In this document: positions 1-11,742 of the stretch, piece by piece
How positions within the stretch are numbered: position 1 is the first letter of the stretch
Layout: each line of letters begins with the position of its first letter
Source of the DNA: Stylophora pistillata
Taxonomy: Eukaryota
Reading direction: 5' to 3'
Length of the DNA: 64,000 nt
NCBI RefSeq assembly: GCF_002571385.2
Contig: NW_019217914.1
Span: 194,552-258,551 of the forward strand
Position numbers and translations under genes: made by a program
The notes under the pieces: generated by a model
What the model was told of the DNA's origin: nothing
Seen by the model: the letters and a program-made list of their open reading frames with translations, nothing else
Database searches by the model: none

Positions 1-450
1 TGAAAAAGGCTATTAACTATACAAAGGACTACTACATGTACTCCAAGTGACAAGGCTAAAATAGGGGCAAGGCAGTGAAAAGAGAGTTTAAGTTTCTTAC
101 CGAGTGAGTAGTGAAGGGCATTTTATTTTAAATGATTCACTTTCCATAAATGAACAGGGACAAAGAAATTGATGATTTTGTGTCAGTGTGGAATATGTAA
201 AGTCAGAGTTCTCCTAAAGGATCTAAACCTTAGACCTTCAGATTCTGTGGTTGAATGCTGTTCCAACTGAGTCACAGAGAAATCCTGAGTAAGCTTGGCC
301 AAACATTAAGGCCATAAATGCACCATCTAGCATTCTGCTAAGATCAGCAATGTTAAAGATATTACAGGTATGTTTTAGAAAAGACTAAGAAAGAAGGGAA
401 ACAGTCACTAAGGTAGTTTGACCATATGATGCTTTGATTTTTTTTTTTAG

Positions 451-733
451 TCACAAAGCTCTTTTGGGTCTTGAAGCAATTTGGCGAGATGACCAAGTGG
501 TTGGTTTCATCCGAAGAGGAGAGTTTGGATATGCTATTGGCAAAAGCCTGGCTTATGGATATGTGAGAGATCCCAGTGGAAAACCTGTCACAACAGAGTT
601 CTTGAAGACAGGAAAATATACCATTGAATCTATGGGAGAGCTGTTTCCTGCCAAAATACACCTGAAAGCACCATTTGATCCAAAAAATCTTAGAGTACAA
701 GGAATTTATGATGATGAAGCCCTCCCAAGTTAG
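451..733 (+). CDS. SARDH: Sarcosine dehydrogenase, last coding exon (GcvT-like C-terminal barrel)
   Basis: Polypyrimidine tract and AG at 441-450. The peptide GLEAIWRDDQVVGFIRRGEFGYAIGKSLAYGYV...HLKAPFDPKNLRVQGIY closely resembles the SARDH C-terminus. Stop at 731-733. Confidence 0.88.
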
Positions 734-1467
734 AGCACTGCTTCCAATTGATTCTGACATCATAAAAAACTTGTGCACAACTTTTGATACTATATTCTAG
801 TTGGTTATCATTTTTTCTTTTTTTCTTTTGTTGTGGGGCATAACAAGAGTGAGTGAAATTGACAATTTCTTGCATACATATGTAGCAAATTTAACTTGTA
901 ATATCCAATCAAAATCAAAACTGATGTAGAGTTTTTGTGAATTCCATTTGGTTTCTGACCAAATCCAATGTTATTCTTGTGACTACATACATACACTTTC
1001 AACTAATCAAGCGGTGCTAAACCTTTCCATGTTGAGAATTAATGCCTGTTATAACTACATCCAGTAAAGTGGCAGATCAAAGAAGGGCCTCCCTTAAGTT
1101 TAGACTGCCGAACTACCTTAAATACTTTTAAAGGTCAACTTTATTAAAGCAGTTCTTTTGTTATGTTTTTCAAGGTCAAAATTCCACTTTGTTAGACTGA
1201 CTTAGTGTATTACAATGGAGCAATTAGTTATATTTCCTAAAATTGTAAATAGAATATGTGAACATGTTTGCCAGTGTGGAAGGCATCTCTGTCTCTGTAC
1301 GAGACAAAAAATAATAAGCTGATGAGCTAGTATGGCATAGTTTAGGGTGAAATAAAAGTCAAACAGATAGAAAAAAAAGACTTTTTTTTTTCATTTTACT
1401 TCTTTGGTAAAGTATGTTTGGCTTGTACAGCATCATTTAAGAAAAGTGTTCATAAGTAAATGAACTT

Positions 1468-1595
1468 GACCCAGTTGTTCAAAGGATGGATTACGCTATC
1501 CAGTGCATAAACAACCTGGTGGATAAGCAGTAATGTAGCATACTCCACAATCCGCCTGGTAAAGATTTATGTAGTGGATGGCATTATCTACCCTG
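1468..1595. repeat. Short interspersed repeat built of GGATA/TATCC palindromic units (copy 1)
   Basis: ccagttgttcaaaggatggattacgctatccagtgcataa...gtggatggcattatctacc; related copies lie at ~3632-3797, ~20935-21085 and ~54440-54585. Confidence 0.55.
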
Positions 1596-2891
1596 AACTC
1601 TCATAAAGCTACCAGGTAAGAAAAAAAGGAATTTCATTTTACTTCCCTTACTAAAATTGAAAAGGATTAATTTTGTAACTCTGAGGTAAAAAATGTGGTA
1701 TCTCCAAGCAAATAGTCAACAGCAGAACACTTCCCCCTCCAAAAGTTATGAATATTTATTTCAAAATAACTGAAAAGTCAGGTTCTATATTTTAGAGTGT
1801 ATTCACCACTAATAAAAATTATAAACATCATTTAGTGATCAGAAAAAGGGTGTCTAAATATACAACACAGGACTCTGGTAAAAATAAAGGAGCAGATACG
1901 TTGCCAGATAATAGTTTCCCTTTCTTTAATTTTTAATTTGGCTTTTGCAATCTGTAAAGAGATGCTATTGGTAGAACCTAAACTTGTACTTTAATTTGCT
2001 GTTCAGTACTCGTCATTCAGTCAAGAAAAATCCAATATTTAAGTAGCCATAAAAGTATAATCAACTATCATAATGGTAGTAATAAATGAACAACAGGCTT
2101 TCCATTAATAAAATCTGTATAGGACACCTTCAAGTAAAATTATAAGTGGTCACAAAATGTCCACTCGTGCTCTAAGAATTACTGTCGAACCCTGAAAACC
2201 AGGAACACCTGGAACACTTTTAATATTTACATGTTCTGAACAGTAACACTGGAGATTAGGACATCTTGTATCAACAAACAAACCAGACTACGGACAGGGA
2301 AATTGTATTGCTTCTTAGAGTTATCTGGGAATATTTCAAAGTAACCCCAAACTATTTTAAAACAAAGCCATCTATTGGCAATCTAGTGTATTTTCTTCCA
2401 TCACTTTCTTGATACACAAACAGTATGTGTGAGAAAGTATGAGGCTGTGTGGAAATCTTGTGGTAATCTTGCATCCCATTGGCTTCCCAACACAACATTC
2501 CAGAGGTACTTTCAGCTTTACTAGTGACAGATTTTTTAATTCGACATTAAAATGCAATTTTTCTGCAAAAATGCCAAGCCATGGTTTGATTTTCAAATAG
2601 AATGGTGTTACAAAATACAATTTTGTTTCAGAATGAAAAAAGTCTAAGAATTATCCTAAGAATGTCACATGGGTTAAAATAGAGCACTGTAGGTACATGT
2701 AAGTGTAACAGTTTGTTGCATCAATGACACAAACTCTTTGTAAGGAGCAATGCCAGAGAAGACAAAAAAAAACTACAAAATAAACATTTGTATTGACATC
2801 TTTTGGAAAGCATTCACAGGGGGTTCTCAAACAATCAGCAGGAATTTTCCTGAACATGCTGTATTCATTTCTAGGAATAACTAAATAAGTG

Positions 2892-3513
2892 CTGTAATTT
2901 CTGGCCGTTTACCCGCAGGTAATCTGTTGATTTTTCCTTAAACACAAGCCACTGCTGGTAATAGGGAGGTGCAGGTTATGTGACAATTTTGAAATCTACT
3001 GGCAGTTGAATTGAAAAAAATTCTCACCCGCGTTTCCACCTCTCAGATGAATTTTATTGTATTAAAAGTGCCACAAAGCGGCACAAAAACATGATGCCGA
3101 TTTGAGTTTATTTCACGCACAATTAGTTGCGCGACAAACAAATTACTATTGGCACGTGTGTAAACAAAACCTTGATGGTAACAAAAATAAACCAAGGATA
3201 ACTGGCACATCAGTAACAAATTTCCAGTTAACTCTAGCCTCTGCTGAAAAGAATTTTCCCGTTTTAAGGGACTTGTTAGGCCCAGTAGAACTGGAGATAT
3301 CAATTTTTTTGAGAAATCAACAAATCAACATGGTGCTGAACGATCGTTCACACAAAATGTGGCCACGAATTCGCAGAGTATTTTGTACAAATTTCCTTTG
3401 CTTTTAAGGTGCGGGTTATCCACCAGTGCAGGTAATCTGTTGACTTTTTTTTTTTTTGCTGCATGCAATAATCAGCCAGTGCGGGTAAACAGCCAGAAAT
3501 TACAAAATTACAG
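2892..3513. mobile_element. MITE-like non-autonomous element with ~25-bp TIRs
   Basis: Left tgtaatttctggccgtttacccgca (2893-2917) is the near-perfect reverse complement of right tgcgggtaaacagccagaaattaca (3480-3504). An internal repeat gcaggtaatctgttga is also present. Confidence 0.6.
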
Positions 3514-3631
3514 GTATAGCCAGAATGAGTCCCAGTCCCTCTGGCAAAGCCACTTTGACCTTCTCACTCCCATAGCCCCTTACTGTCTGATAAACCTTTC
3601 TTATACTTTCAGCATTGAAAATTTGCAGTTC

Positions 3632-3797
3632 AGGCCACAGTTATTTGACAGTTGGATAATGCTATCCACTAGATAACTATTTATCTGGTGGACGATGCTA
3701 TACATTTTGCTATCACTTATGCACTGGTTAGCCATTTATCCTTGGATAGCATCATCCATTGGATAGCATTATCTGCCCTTTACACAACTGTGCCCCA
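3632..3797. repeat. GGATA/TATCC palindromic-unit repeat (copy 2)
   Basis: Recurrent ggataatgctatccac / ggatagc units between ggccacagttatt and acaactgtgccc. Confidence 0.55.
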
Positions 3798-4217
3798 GTG
3801 ACCTATATCTACTACATGAAACATTTCTTTCCTCTCATTGCATATCCACCTGACAAAGATTTGATTCTTAAAGTAGAAATAACTCACTGACCACTCCTGG
3901 GAGTGAAAAGGTGAAAAGGGGAATTACAAAATATTTTCATCTAAGAGTGTGATGAGTCATCACAATTACCCTTAAAGTGAAGCAATAAAGAACCTGGATC
4001 TGATATCACTACTCATGGACAGAAGTCACTTTAAACTTTTTTTTTTTCAGGGTTGACCTTGTGGGAAAATGCAATTGCTAATATTTTACCTTCCAGATCC
4101 AGTTTGCATGTAATTATGAGGCAGATCAGTATTTCCAAAGCAGGTGAACCACAAGTCCTGGTCAAAATGTAGGCATCAATATGGCCAAGGAAGACACAAG
4201 ACACCGGAGTCCAACAA

Positions 4218-4465
4218 TTATCTTTTTGATGAATGAAGAAGTTCCACTAAGGATTCACTTGCATTGATCTGTCCAGTAAGATTTAACATGAAAAGGCGCT
4301 CTAGGCTCTTGGTGCCAATTGATCTCAGCTCTGGTAATCTTAGAAGAATGTTTCCAAATCGATTTGGTTCATTAGGATGAAAGTTGTTGTTGTACTCCAA
4401 CAATGATGCATGCACTTTATCCTGCAGTCTTTCTACTAGTTGTTGATCAAATAAACCTTTAACAT
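4218..4465 (-). CDS. Orphan nuclear receptor, last exon (LBD helices 9-12)
   Basis: AG acceptor at 4467-4466, phase 1. Encodes DVKGL...PNRFGNILLRLPELRSIG...LVELL, with an AF-2-like motif. Stop at 4220-4218. Confidence 0.9.
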
Positions 4466-5164
4466 CTATGCATGGACAACAATCAAAATAAACAGAATTA
4501 GAATAACATTGCAGAATGTACACACCAAAATATTGTGTGGTGTAATTCACAGGGTACTTCACAGCTACCAGTAGGTGTGTCATGTTCTCTGTTGATAGAA
4601 AACCCTGGTCAGGAGTCAAATCTGGACAAAGATGCTTATAATAAATCCTTGTCACAAACTTTTGAAACATACCAGCCTTTCCCCCTTTGTTGATCTTGGT
4701 AAAATTGGACTAATGCAAACTCAACACTGTAGGGGGGAGAGTGGGGTGTTTCAACAAGACTTGACAAGGGTTCTTGTTACCTTGCTTCACTGATTAATGT
4801 GTAGTCATAGGAAGGACATAAAAACAAGTAAGTTAGAGCTAAAGAGAGGGTTTTTTTTTCCATCTTAACCGAAATGAGACTCCAAATTTTTCTTAGTCCC
4901 ACCCTTGTCATAAGATAAAAATAAACATCTTTCCCTTTTACATTACCAAGTTCAAAATTTACCACCTTTTTTTCCTAAATATTTTACAGTTTTTGGTTAA
5001 GGGGAGTGGGAAGGAAGGGGGGCCTATAAGAGGGAAGGACTGAAAAGAAACCTGGAGTTCTAAAAGGTGTGCTCATGGACTGTTTACATTAAGTCTGGTC
5101 CACAATAACTGACTCATCAGTGGTATCGTGTATTGTATGTAACTAGGAAAAAATCAATGTCTGA

Positions 5165-5568
5165 TATGTTATTAACAATGACATTTAACAAATGGTAAAC
5201 ACCACAGCTTACACTATTGAGTTATGGATGCACACAGGACGTTGCTAAGCACAAAAGAAGCACAAGAGTCACTCGAGGCAATAGCCGAGAGCGACTCTAG
5301 CTTGTTGAGTGCTTAGCAAACCTCCCAAGTGCATCCATAACTCAATAGTGTACACTGTGGTGTTTACCATTTGTTTTATAACATGACATTGATACATTGT
5401 AGCTTAAGAGTTCCCTTTTATTTAACAAATCTTACGTGACCAGAAAAAACAATCGCATGCAGAAAAATAGTCTTTGCATTTGCTCATGTCAGCAGCGTAC
5501 ACCCATGGGCAAATGGGGGACGCTGAATTGACCAATCAGAGCGTGCGCTTTACTTTGGTTATGTTATA
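5165..5568. repeat. Palindromic (~220-bp hairpin) interspersed repeat with 3' extension
   Basis: acaaatggtaaacaccacag...ttgagttatggatgcac pairs with gtgcatccataactcaa...ctgtggtgtttaccatttgt. Same family as 63516-63732. Confidence 0.7.
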
Positions 5569-5599
5569 ATACATACTGTGTATACTGTGTGTACTTTAC

Positions 5600-6211
5600 C
5601 TGGGTTCAGTAGAATAATGACTTTGATACAGACAAATTCTGCATCATCCAAATTAAGTTCTTTAAATTTTGCAGTCAGTTGCATTACACGATGCATGATG
5701 TCACCAATTCCTGATGCTTCTGCTGTAGTAAAGTCCAAAACCTGACCAGGACAAAGAAGTACACCATTATCTAAATGTAAAGATTGCTTTGTCAAATTGA
5801 TCAGCATTAGTTCAATCCATGCACTTCCTGAAAGAATCCGTTTATCGTTTTCACTTATGTCACCAAGTAATGGCAAGCATTTAAACCATTCCAAGTTTCT
5901 TTTGATTTGTTCTTCCGCTTGTTGTGTGACATGTGCAAATGTCTTCTGCCCAGTATCTTGCAGCTTACATCCTTGACATTCTGTAGATTGGGCATCAACT
6001 GGAGGCTCATATCGCAACAATTCTTTAATAAAAGGAGGAAAAGTTCTGGATGGAATCTTTGCTGGTGCAACTCCATCTACTCGATCTGAAGTTGAACTGC
6101 TCCTTGAGTTTGTCCTTGCTTGTTTAGCAGCTGGTTCTGATTTGATGCGTGAATTTGGAGAAAAAGATGAATTCTTATGTTTACCACCTGGTGTGCGATC
6201 TTCCCGGACAG
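5600..6211 (-). CDS. Orphan nuclear receptor, hinge and LBD exon
   Basis: Acceptor at 6213-6212 and donor GT at 5599-5598, both phase 1. Contains the AVREDRTPGGK C-terminal extension, the LBD signature WFKCLP...ISENDKRIL...WIEL, and EFVCIKVIILLNP. Confidence 0.92.
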
Positions 6212-6369
6212 CTATAAAATGGAATAAGATACATACCATTAGAGAATAATGGTTTAAATCTCTCACAGTTGGTTTGCAAAGATGAAGTGAAAAACAGAAG
6301 GAAAAGACAGACTGACAGACTAAAAGGTAAAATGATGGTGAGACAGTAATTACATACTGTCACTTAGAA

Positions 6370-6855
6370 AACCTAGAACAACTAGTTATGGCCTTAATTC
6401 ATTTTCATACTTCATACTTCTCAGCTAAGCTATGGAATACACTGCCTGACAATATCCGCATGAGTGCATTTAAAGACTTTAGAAAGATAATCCAAGGCCG
6501 TCTCTTTGTATAGTCACTCCTGCTTATCTTCACTTTTCTGTTAATTTCTACTGATATGTTACATAATTATATTTCTAAATACTGTGTATTTTAGTATAGT
6601 TAGTACTTTAGATCTTGTACAGATATATGTATAAATATATATATATTTATATGGTTCTCCTCCATCCTAGCATTAGCACTGCACTGATGAGGCCCAGAAG
6701 GCCGAAACAGTACTGTCTGCAGTTAGTTATATATATATATATATATATATATAGATCATCTCCATTTTATGTTTTCTCGAAGATATTAGCTCCAACAAGC
6801 TACTCTAAAATTCGAGATGAAATAAAGTTTATGATGATGATGATGATGATGATGA
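6370..6855 (+). mobile_element. L2/CR1-type LINE 3' end with (ATG)n tail, interrupted by a hammerhead-bearing insert
   Basis: Degenerate YGLNSFSY...AKLWNTLPDNIR motif typical of LINE ORF2 C-termini; aataaag at ~6821 followed by tgatgatga repeats. Confidence 0.6.
6678..6723 (+). ncRNA. Minimal type I hammerhead ribozyme
   Basis: Stem I actgca(6678-83)/tgcagt(6718-23); core CTGATGA 6684-90; stem II ggcc-cagaa-ggcc; GAAA 6704-07; palindromic stem III acagtactgt; GUC cleavage triplet ending at 6717. Flanked by (TA)n on both sides. Confidence 0.88.
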
Positions 6856-6869
6856 ATGTGAGAGAAGAC

Positions 6870-7578
6870 GAAACAAGCCAGCTTGTCAGATTATTGCCCC
6901 ACCTCCGTTTCAGCTGCAGACCCTTCGCCCAAACAACCGTAGATTTTGCAGGTCCTTTCTATTCTGTTTAAGGACGCGGAAAACCTGGACAAGAAAGGAG
7001 GCTGTGCCCTTTTACTTGCTTGGAAAGACGAGCAGTGCATTTAGAGATGGTCTGGAGACTAGATACGTTCTTAAACGTCTTCGCCCGTTTTACCAGTTGT
7101 CGTGGGGTTCCTAAAGAAGTGACAAGCGACAGAGGCACAAACTTCGTGGACGTCGTGGGCGAGTTAAAGAAACTAGTCAGCGAGTTAGACTGAAAACATC
7201 TTCAGAGCAAGACAGTCCAACTTGGAGTGACAGCTGCCCTACATTTTGGAGGGGCCCATGAAGTAATGATAAAAGCTGCTAAAAAAGCCACTTACGCCGC
7301 GGGGGGAGAACGAGACGCGAGCGACGAAGAGCTGATCACCGCGTTCGCTGGGGTGGAGTCCCCTCTTAATTCACGTCCGTTGGTTTATCAGAGTTCAGAT
7401 ACACGTGACGATGTTCCATTGACACCTAACCGTTTCTTGCGCGGCCAAATGGGGGGGACAATTCGCTCCTGAGGCCGTTGAAACCACTACTTTACATCCG
7501 CATGGCGAAAGGTTCAAGATATTATTTTACGAGTGTGGAGAAGATGGCTCAAGGAATTTGTTTTAGCCCCAAACAGTC
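6870..7578 (+). mobile_element. Degenerate BEL/Pao LTR-retrotransposon integrase fragment
   Basis: Frameshifted motifs [56 protein letters not shown] and WRRWLKEF. Ends at an N-gap. Confidence 0.85.
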
Positions 7579-8165
7579 NNNNNNNNNNNNNNNNNNNNNN
7601 NNNNNNNNNNNNNNNNNNNNNNNNNNNNNNNNNNNNNNNNNNNNNNNNNNNNNNNNNNNNNNNNNNNNNNNNNNNNNNNNNNNNNNNNNNNNNNNNNNNN
7701 NNNNNNNNNNNNNNNNNNACACACATACAGAGAGACATACATACAAACAGACATATGGACACTTAGATCACAAGCAGGCAAGGAAATGACAGCCAGACCC
7801 ATGGACAAATGACAGATACATGTAGATAAACAAAAGAAGGTTGAACTCTACACTAATGAAAATTCTAACCATAACTCTTGACGAAAAAACAGTCAAAAGT
7901 CAGATAACAGCCAGATACAGTTGGTGGCCAATTGAATGAAAGAAAAGAATAAACCAATGGATAGATAGGCAGATGACAGGCAAAGAACTTAACAAAGAAA
8001 TAGACAGACATTTGGCAAGAGAGATGACGGTCCAAAAAGTAACAGGATTTAAGTAAAGGAACCTAACATATGGCAGTAAATACACCACTAGATTGAAATG
8101 AAGAATTGCCATTTTTTAATAAAGTTCACGTGTACATTGCAAAAATTCACGAAAAACACACCAAC

Positions 8166-8884
8166 CTTCTTTCAACATTCCAGCTTTGATGCACTTTTGC
8201 AACCTACAGAACTGACATCTATTGCGGTGTCGTTTATCTACAGGACAATCCTGAGTCAAATTGCGGCAGGAGTAGACTTTCTTATTTTGAACACTTCTCT
8301 TAAAGAATCCTTTGCAACCTTCACAGCTAGTAACTCCATAGTGATGACCGGTTGCTCTGTCTGAACAAATAACACAGATGTCATCATTGACTGGGGAAGG
8401 AACAGTTTGCTGAGGAGTGCCGGGAGAAGATGGTGTCCTTGGAGTCAAAGGTGAAAGAGATGGTATTGGTATTGACGGTGTCCCAGGAATTGAATTAGGA
8501 TTTGTGTCCTTAATATTTGCTGATGAGTTACTCACTATAACAGACTCTTTGACTGCATAAAGGGAAATTGTTGCTTCCTCCTTTCTGTCACCTTTACAGG
8601 ATGCAACAGAAGACTCTGAAAATCCATTTTGAACAGTGGTTGTGCTATGGGGTACAGGTGAGTTTCCAGGCAATTGTATCAGTGAAGGCACTTGAGGAAA
8701 CTGCTGTGCTGTGGTTTGCTGCATAGCCGCAAAATGATGAGGTGAAAATAATTGAGGAGCATAAAAAATGCTGGCTTGGGTTAAGTATGGTGATGCAATG
8801 GACACCATGCTTCTATCTACTGGAACCAAAGGCTGTGGAACAAGAAGTGGCTGTCCATTTGGTGCCAATAGTATGGCCCGAGGA
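8166..8884 (-). CDS. Orphan nuclear receptor, Pro/Ser-rich A/B region and DNA-binding domain (5' part lost in gap 8885-9381)
   Basis: Two C4 zinc fingers CVICSD...[13 protein letters not shown]...CRNLTQDC...[12 protein letters not shown]. The phase-1 donor GT at 8165-8164 joins the next exon to give MLKE-AVRED. Confidence 0.93.
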
Positions 8885-11696
8885 NNNNNNNNNNNNNNNN
8901 NNNNNNNNNNNNNNNNNNNNNNNNNNNNNNNNNNNNNNNNNNNNNNNNNNNNNNNNNNNNNNNNNNNNNNNNNNNNNNNNNNNNNNNNNNNNNNNNNNNN
9001 NNNNNNNNNNNNNNNNNNNNNNNNNNNNNNNNNNNNNNNNNNNNNNNNNNNNNNNNNNNNNNNNNNNNNNNNNNNNNNNNNNNNNNNNNNNNNNNNNNNN
9101 NNNNNNNNNNNNNNNNNNNNNNNNNNNNNNNNNNNNNNNNNNNNNNNNNNNNNNNNNNNNNNNNNNNNNNNNNNNNNNNNNNNNNNNNNNNNNNNNNNNN
9201 NNNNNNNNNNNNNNNNNNNNNNNNNNNNNNNNNNNNNNNNNNNNNNNNNNNNNNNNNNNNNNNNNNNNNNNNNNNNNNNNNNNNNNNNNNNNNNNNNNNN
9301 NNNNNNNNNNNNNNNNNNNNNNNNNNNNNNNNNNNNNNNNNNNNNNNNNNNNNNNNNNNNNNNNNNNNNNNNNNNNNNNNNGGCCATTAATGGGTTAAGT
9401 AAAGATTAACAAAAAGAATTGGGTAACCACAAAAAGTAACTACTGAGCAAATATAAGCCTATTGTAAGTATCTGTGCTGAATACATTGATGAACAACATG
9501 TATAGTATTCTTGCATAATAGTTTCTCTCTTTGGTTACCTTGACATAGATATCATGATGACAACAAATCCTTGGTATTTCTAGCAAACTTTTTCCCTGCT
9601 TGTTAAAGCTGCAACTAAATATCTATGGTCTACCATGGGTCAAATTAGTGAGGTTTATTTCCCTATCACAAGAGTTGCTATTTTGGTAAATCTCCCGCTC
9701 TAATAGTAAATGAAAGAGATCTGTTATCTGATTAGTTAATTGTACAAACTTTCTTCTACAGTAGATGACTGCCCTTTAGTCAGTTGTAGCCAACTTGCTC
9801 TCTAGCTCTTACATGAAGTATGAGTTCATAAAAAACCCATTTTTCTAGAAAACTTCCTTCCCAATCTAGACTGTGAGAAAAAATCCAAAGATCATCAACT
9901 TGTCCTTAACTGTAAAAATTAGTTTTTAGAGATAACTTTTCTAAGAAAACTTGGTACTATCTCATCCTTGAGTACCTTCAAAACTTTTACATAAATATCT
10001 GTGAAATAAAAAATAGGCTGTACAAAATAAGTTACTGGCTAGATTTTCTAATGTGATTACTTTTTCTCCCTCAGGGGTACACTAGGGGGTGTATTCATCA
10101 CTTATGTTGTGCATCCAATAATATGCATAATTGAACATGATTCAGGCTAAAATCATGCAACAACAACAGAAAGTATTATCTGATGTATAAAAGGTTTCTG
10201 CTATTTTACTGTAATTTTCAAGTGGTTCAGAGCTGCAACTGATTCCACTGACCTTGGCATTCATTTACGAGTGCAAGTGTTGAAACATAGGCTCTTGCAG
10301 ACATGATCTTCTATACAACTCTTCCTTTTTGTTTGTTTTCTTTAAATATGTTAGAGAACAATTTCTGGGAAATTTTTTTATCACATAAAAATTGTGTGAC
10401 AAATCATCACTTTTTTTTTGGCAAAAATAGCATAAGACAAGGAAAGTGTGAAAATTCACATTCAAAGTAACGTTGAAAAAAAAAAGAAATTAAAAAATGA
10501 AGGTATACTCTTACATTCTTCAATATGGCAAACAGTTTTCCCCTTGAGAGAATGTTTTAAAAATTTATAGTTTACGTTCATTTTAAAACTGATTCTATCA
10601 ATAATGCTAAAACCACTCCCACTCAATTTCAAATAATCAACAATCATGCTCAAAGGTACAAAGACGCCACTTCCTCGTAAGGTCTTCGGTAGCACTCAGT
10701 GAAAGTTAAGAAAATAAAACAGAGAATAAGGGGTTAGATACGTGTATGTCTTTTGAATTTTTATAAATTATCAATATTGTGCGTCTGAAAATTGTGAAGA
10801 CAAGTTATAGTATTGTTTTTGTCCTTTTCATTATCAATTGAAAAATTACCTCGTTGTGAGTGTTGGAAATGAGCAAATATTCCTGACAACAATGTATCAA
10901 AATAAAATTATCAGCTCTTAAAATTAGACTCGATGGAAGACCTGTGTACGTTGGTGAAAAAAACTATTCGAGCAAATGAAAGATTATATCCTTTCATATT
11001 TGAGTAAGGTTTATGGTCCATTTTTCGTTGTAAGTGATCGATAGTCCTTGCTAACACAAAGGAATGCCAGAAGTCGACCTTTGATACGCTACAGTATCAA
11101 TACAAAACAACAAATTGCGGACGGGATAAAGTATGACCCGACGTACCAAATCGAACTGCGTTAAACTTAACATCGTGCCTTGTTTCTAAAGCGACAAAAC
11201 ACATGTTCTAACGGACGTGTCAATTCACAATGCATCGTGATCGGAAAAAATTACATGACTTGTATTGTGAAAACGTGTCAGACAAAACACTTCGAACTGA
11301 CAAAACAAACTGCAAGACGATCTGAGCAAAATGACTCTCTCTGCAACAAAGTGGCAGTGAATTACAATTCTGCTATTTCTTCTTAGTCAAGAAATTGCAG
11401 CCCATCCGTTAATAAATGAGATTAGAAACAAGAAGAAGATAATCAGCTAGCTACGTGACTTGCATACGATTTCTGATCGTCGAAGAATTCTACAAATTTT
11501 CCAAATAATCACTAAGAAGGAAAACAATAGAGACACCTCAACAGATCTTCCCGGCAAAGAGCTAAATACGAAAATAATCTCACCCCAAAAGAAAAAAATG
11601 CTCAAAAAACAACGAGGAGAACCTTCTACAGCGCACGTAAAGTACTCTAAGAGCCTCCTTTTCGACCAAGTGCCATCATAGCGCGTGCTTACTCAC

Positions 11697-11742
11697 CAAT
11701 CCTATCACTACTACCAACGTTTCTTCCTTCCCCAACCGACAT
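11697..11742 (-). CDS. Putative first coding exon of the nuclear receptor (MSVGEGRNVGSSDRI)
   Basis: ATG at 11742 followed by a strong GTGAGT donor at 11696-11691, upstream of the DBD exon and in a CpG-richer region. The acceptor it would join is hidden in the gap. Confidence 0.45.

Noticed and set aside
7478-9409. Long X-filled ORFs across N-gaps (also at 19367-19727 and 38995-39807)
   Set aside because: Artefacts of translating N-runs; only the nuclear-receptor portion 8166-8884 and the BEL integrase tail are meaningful.
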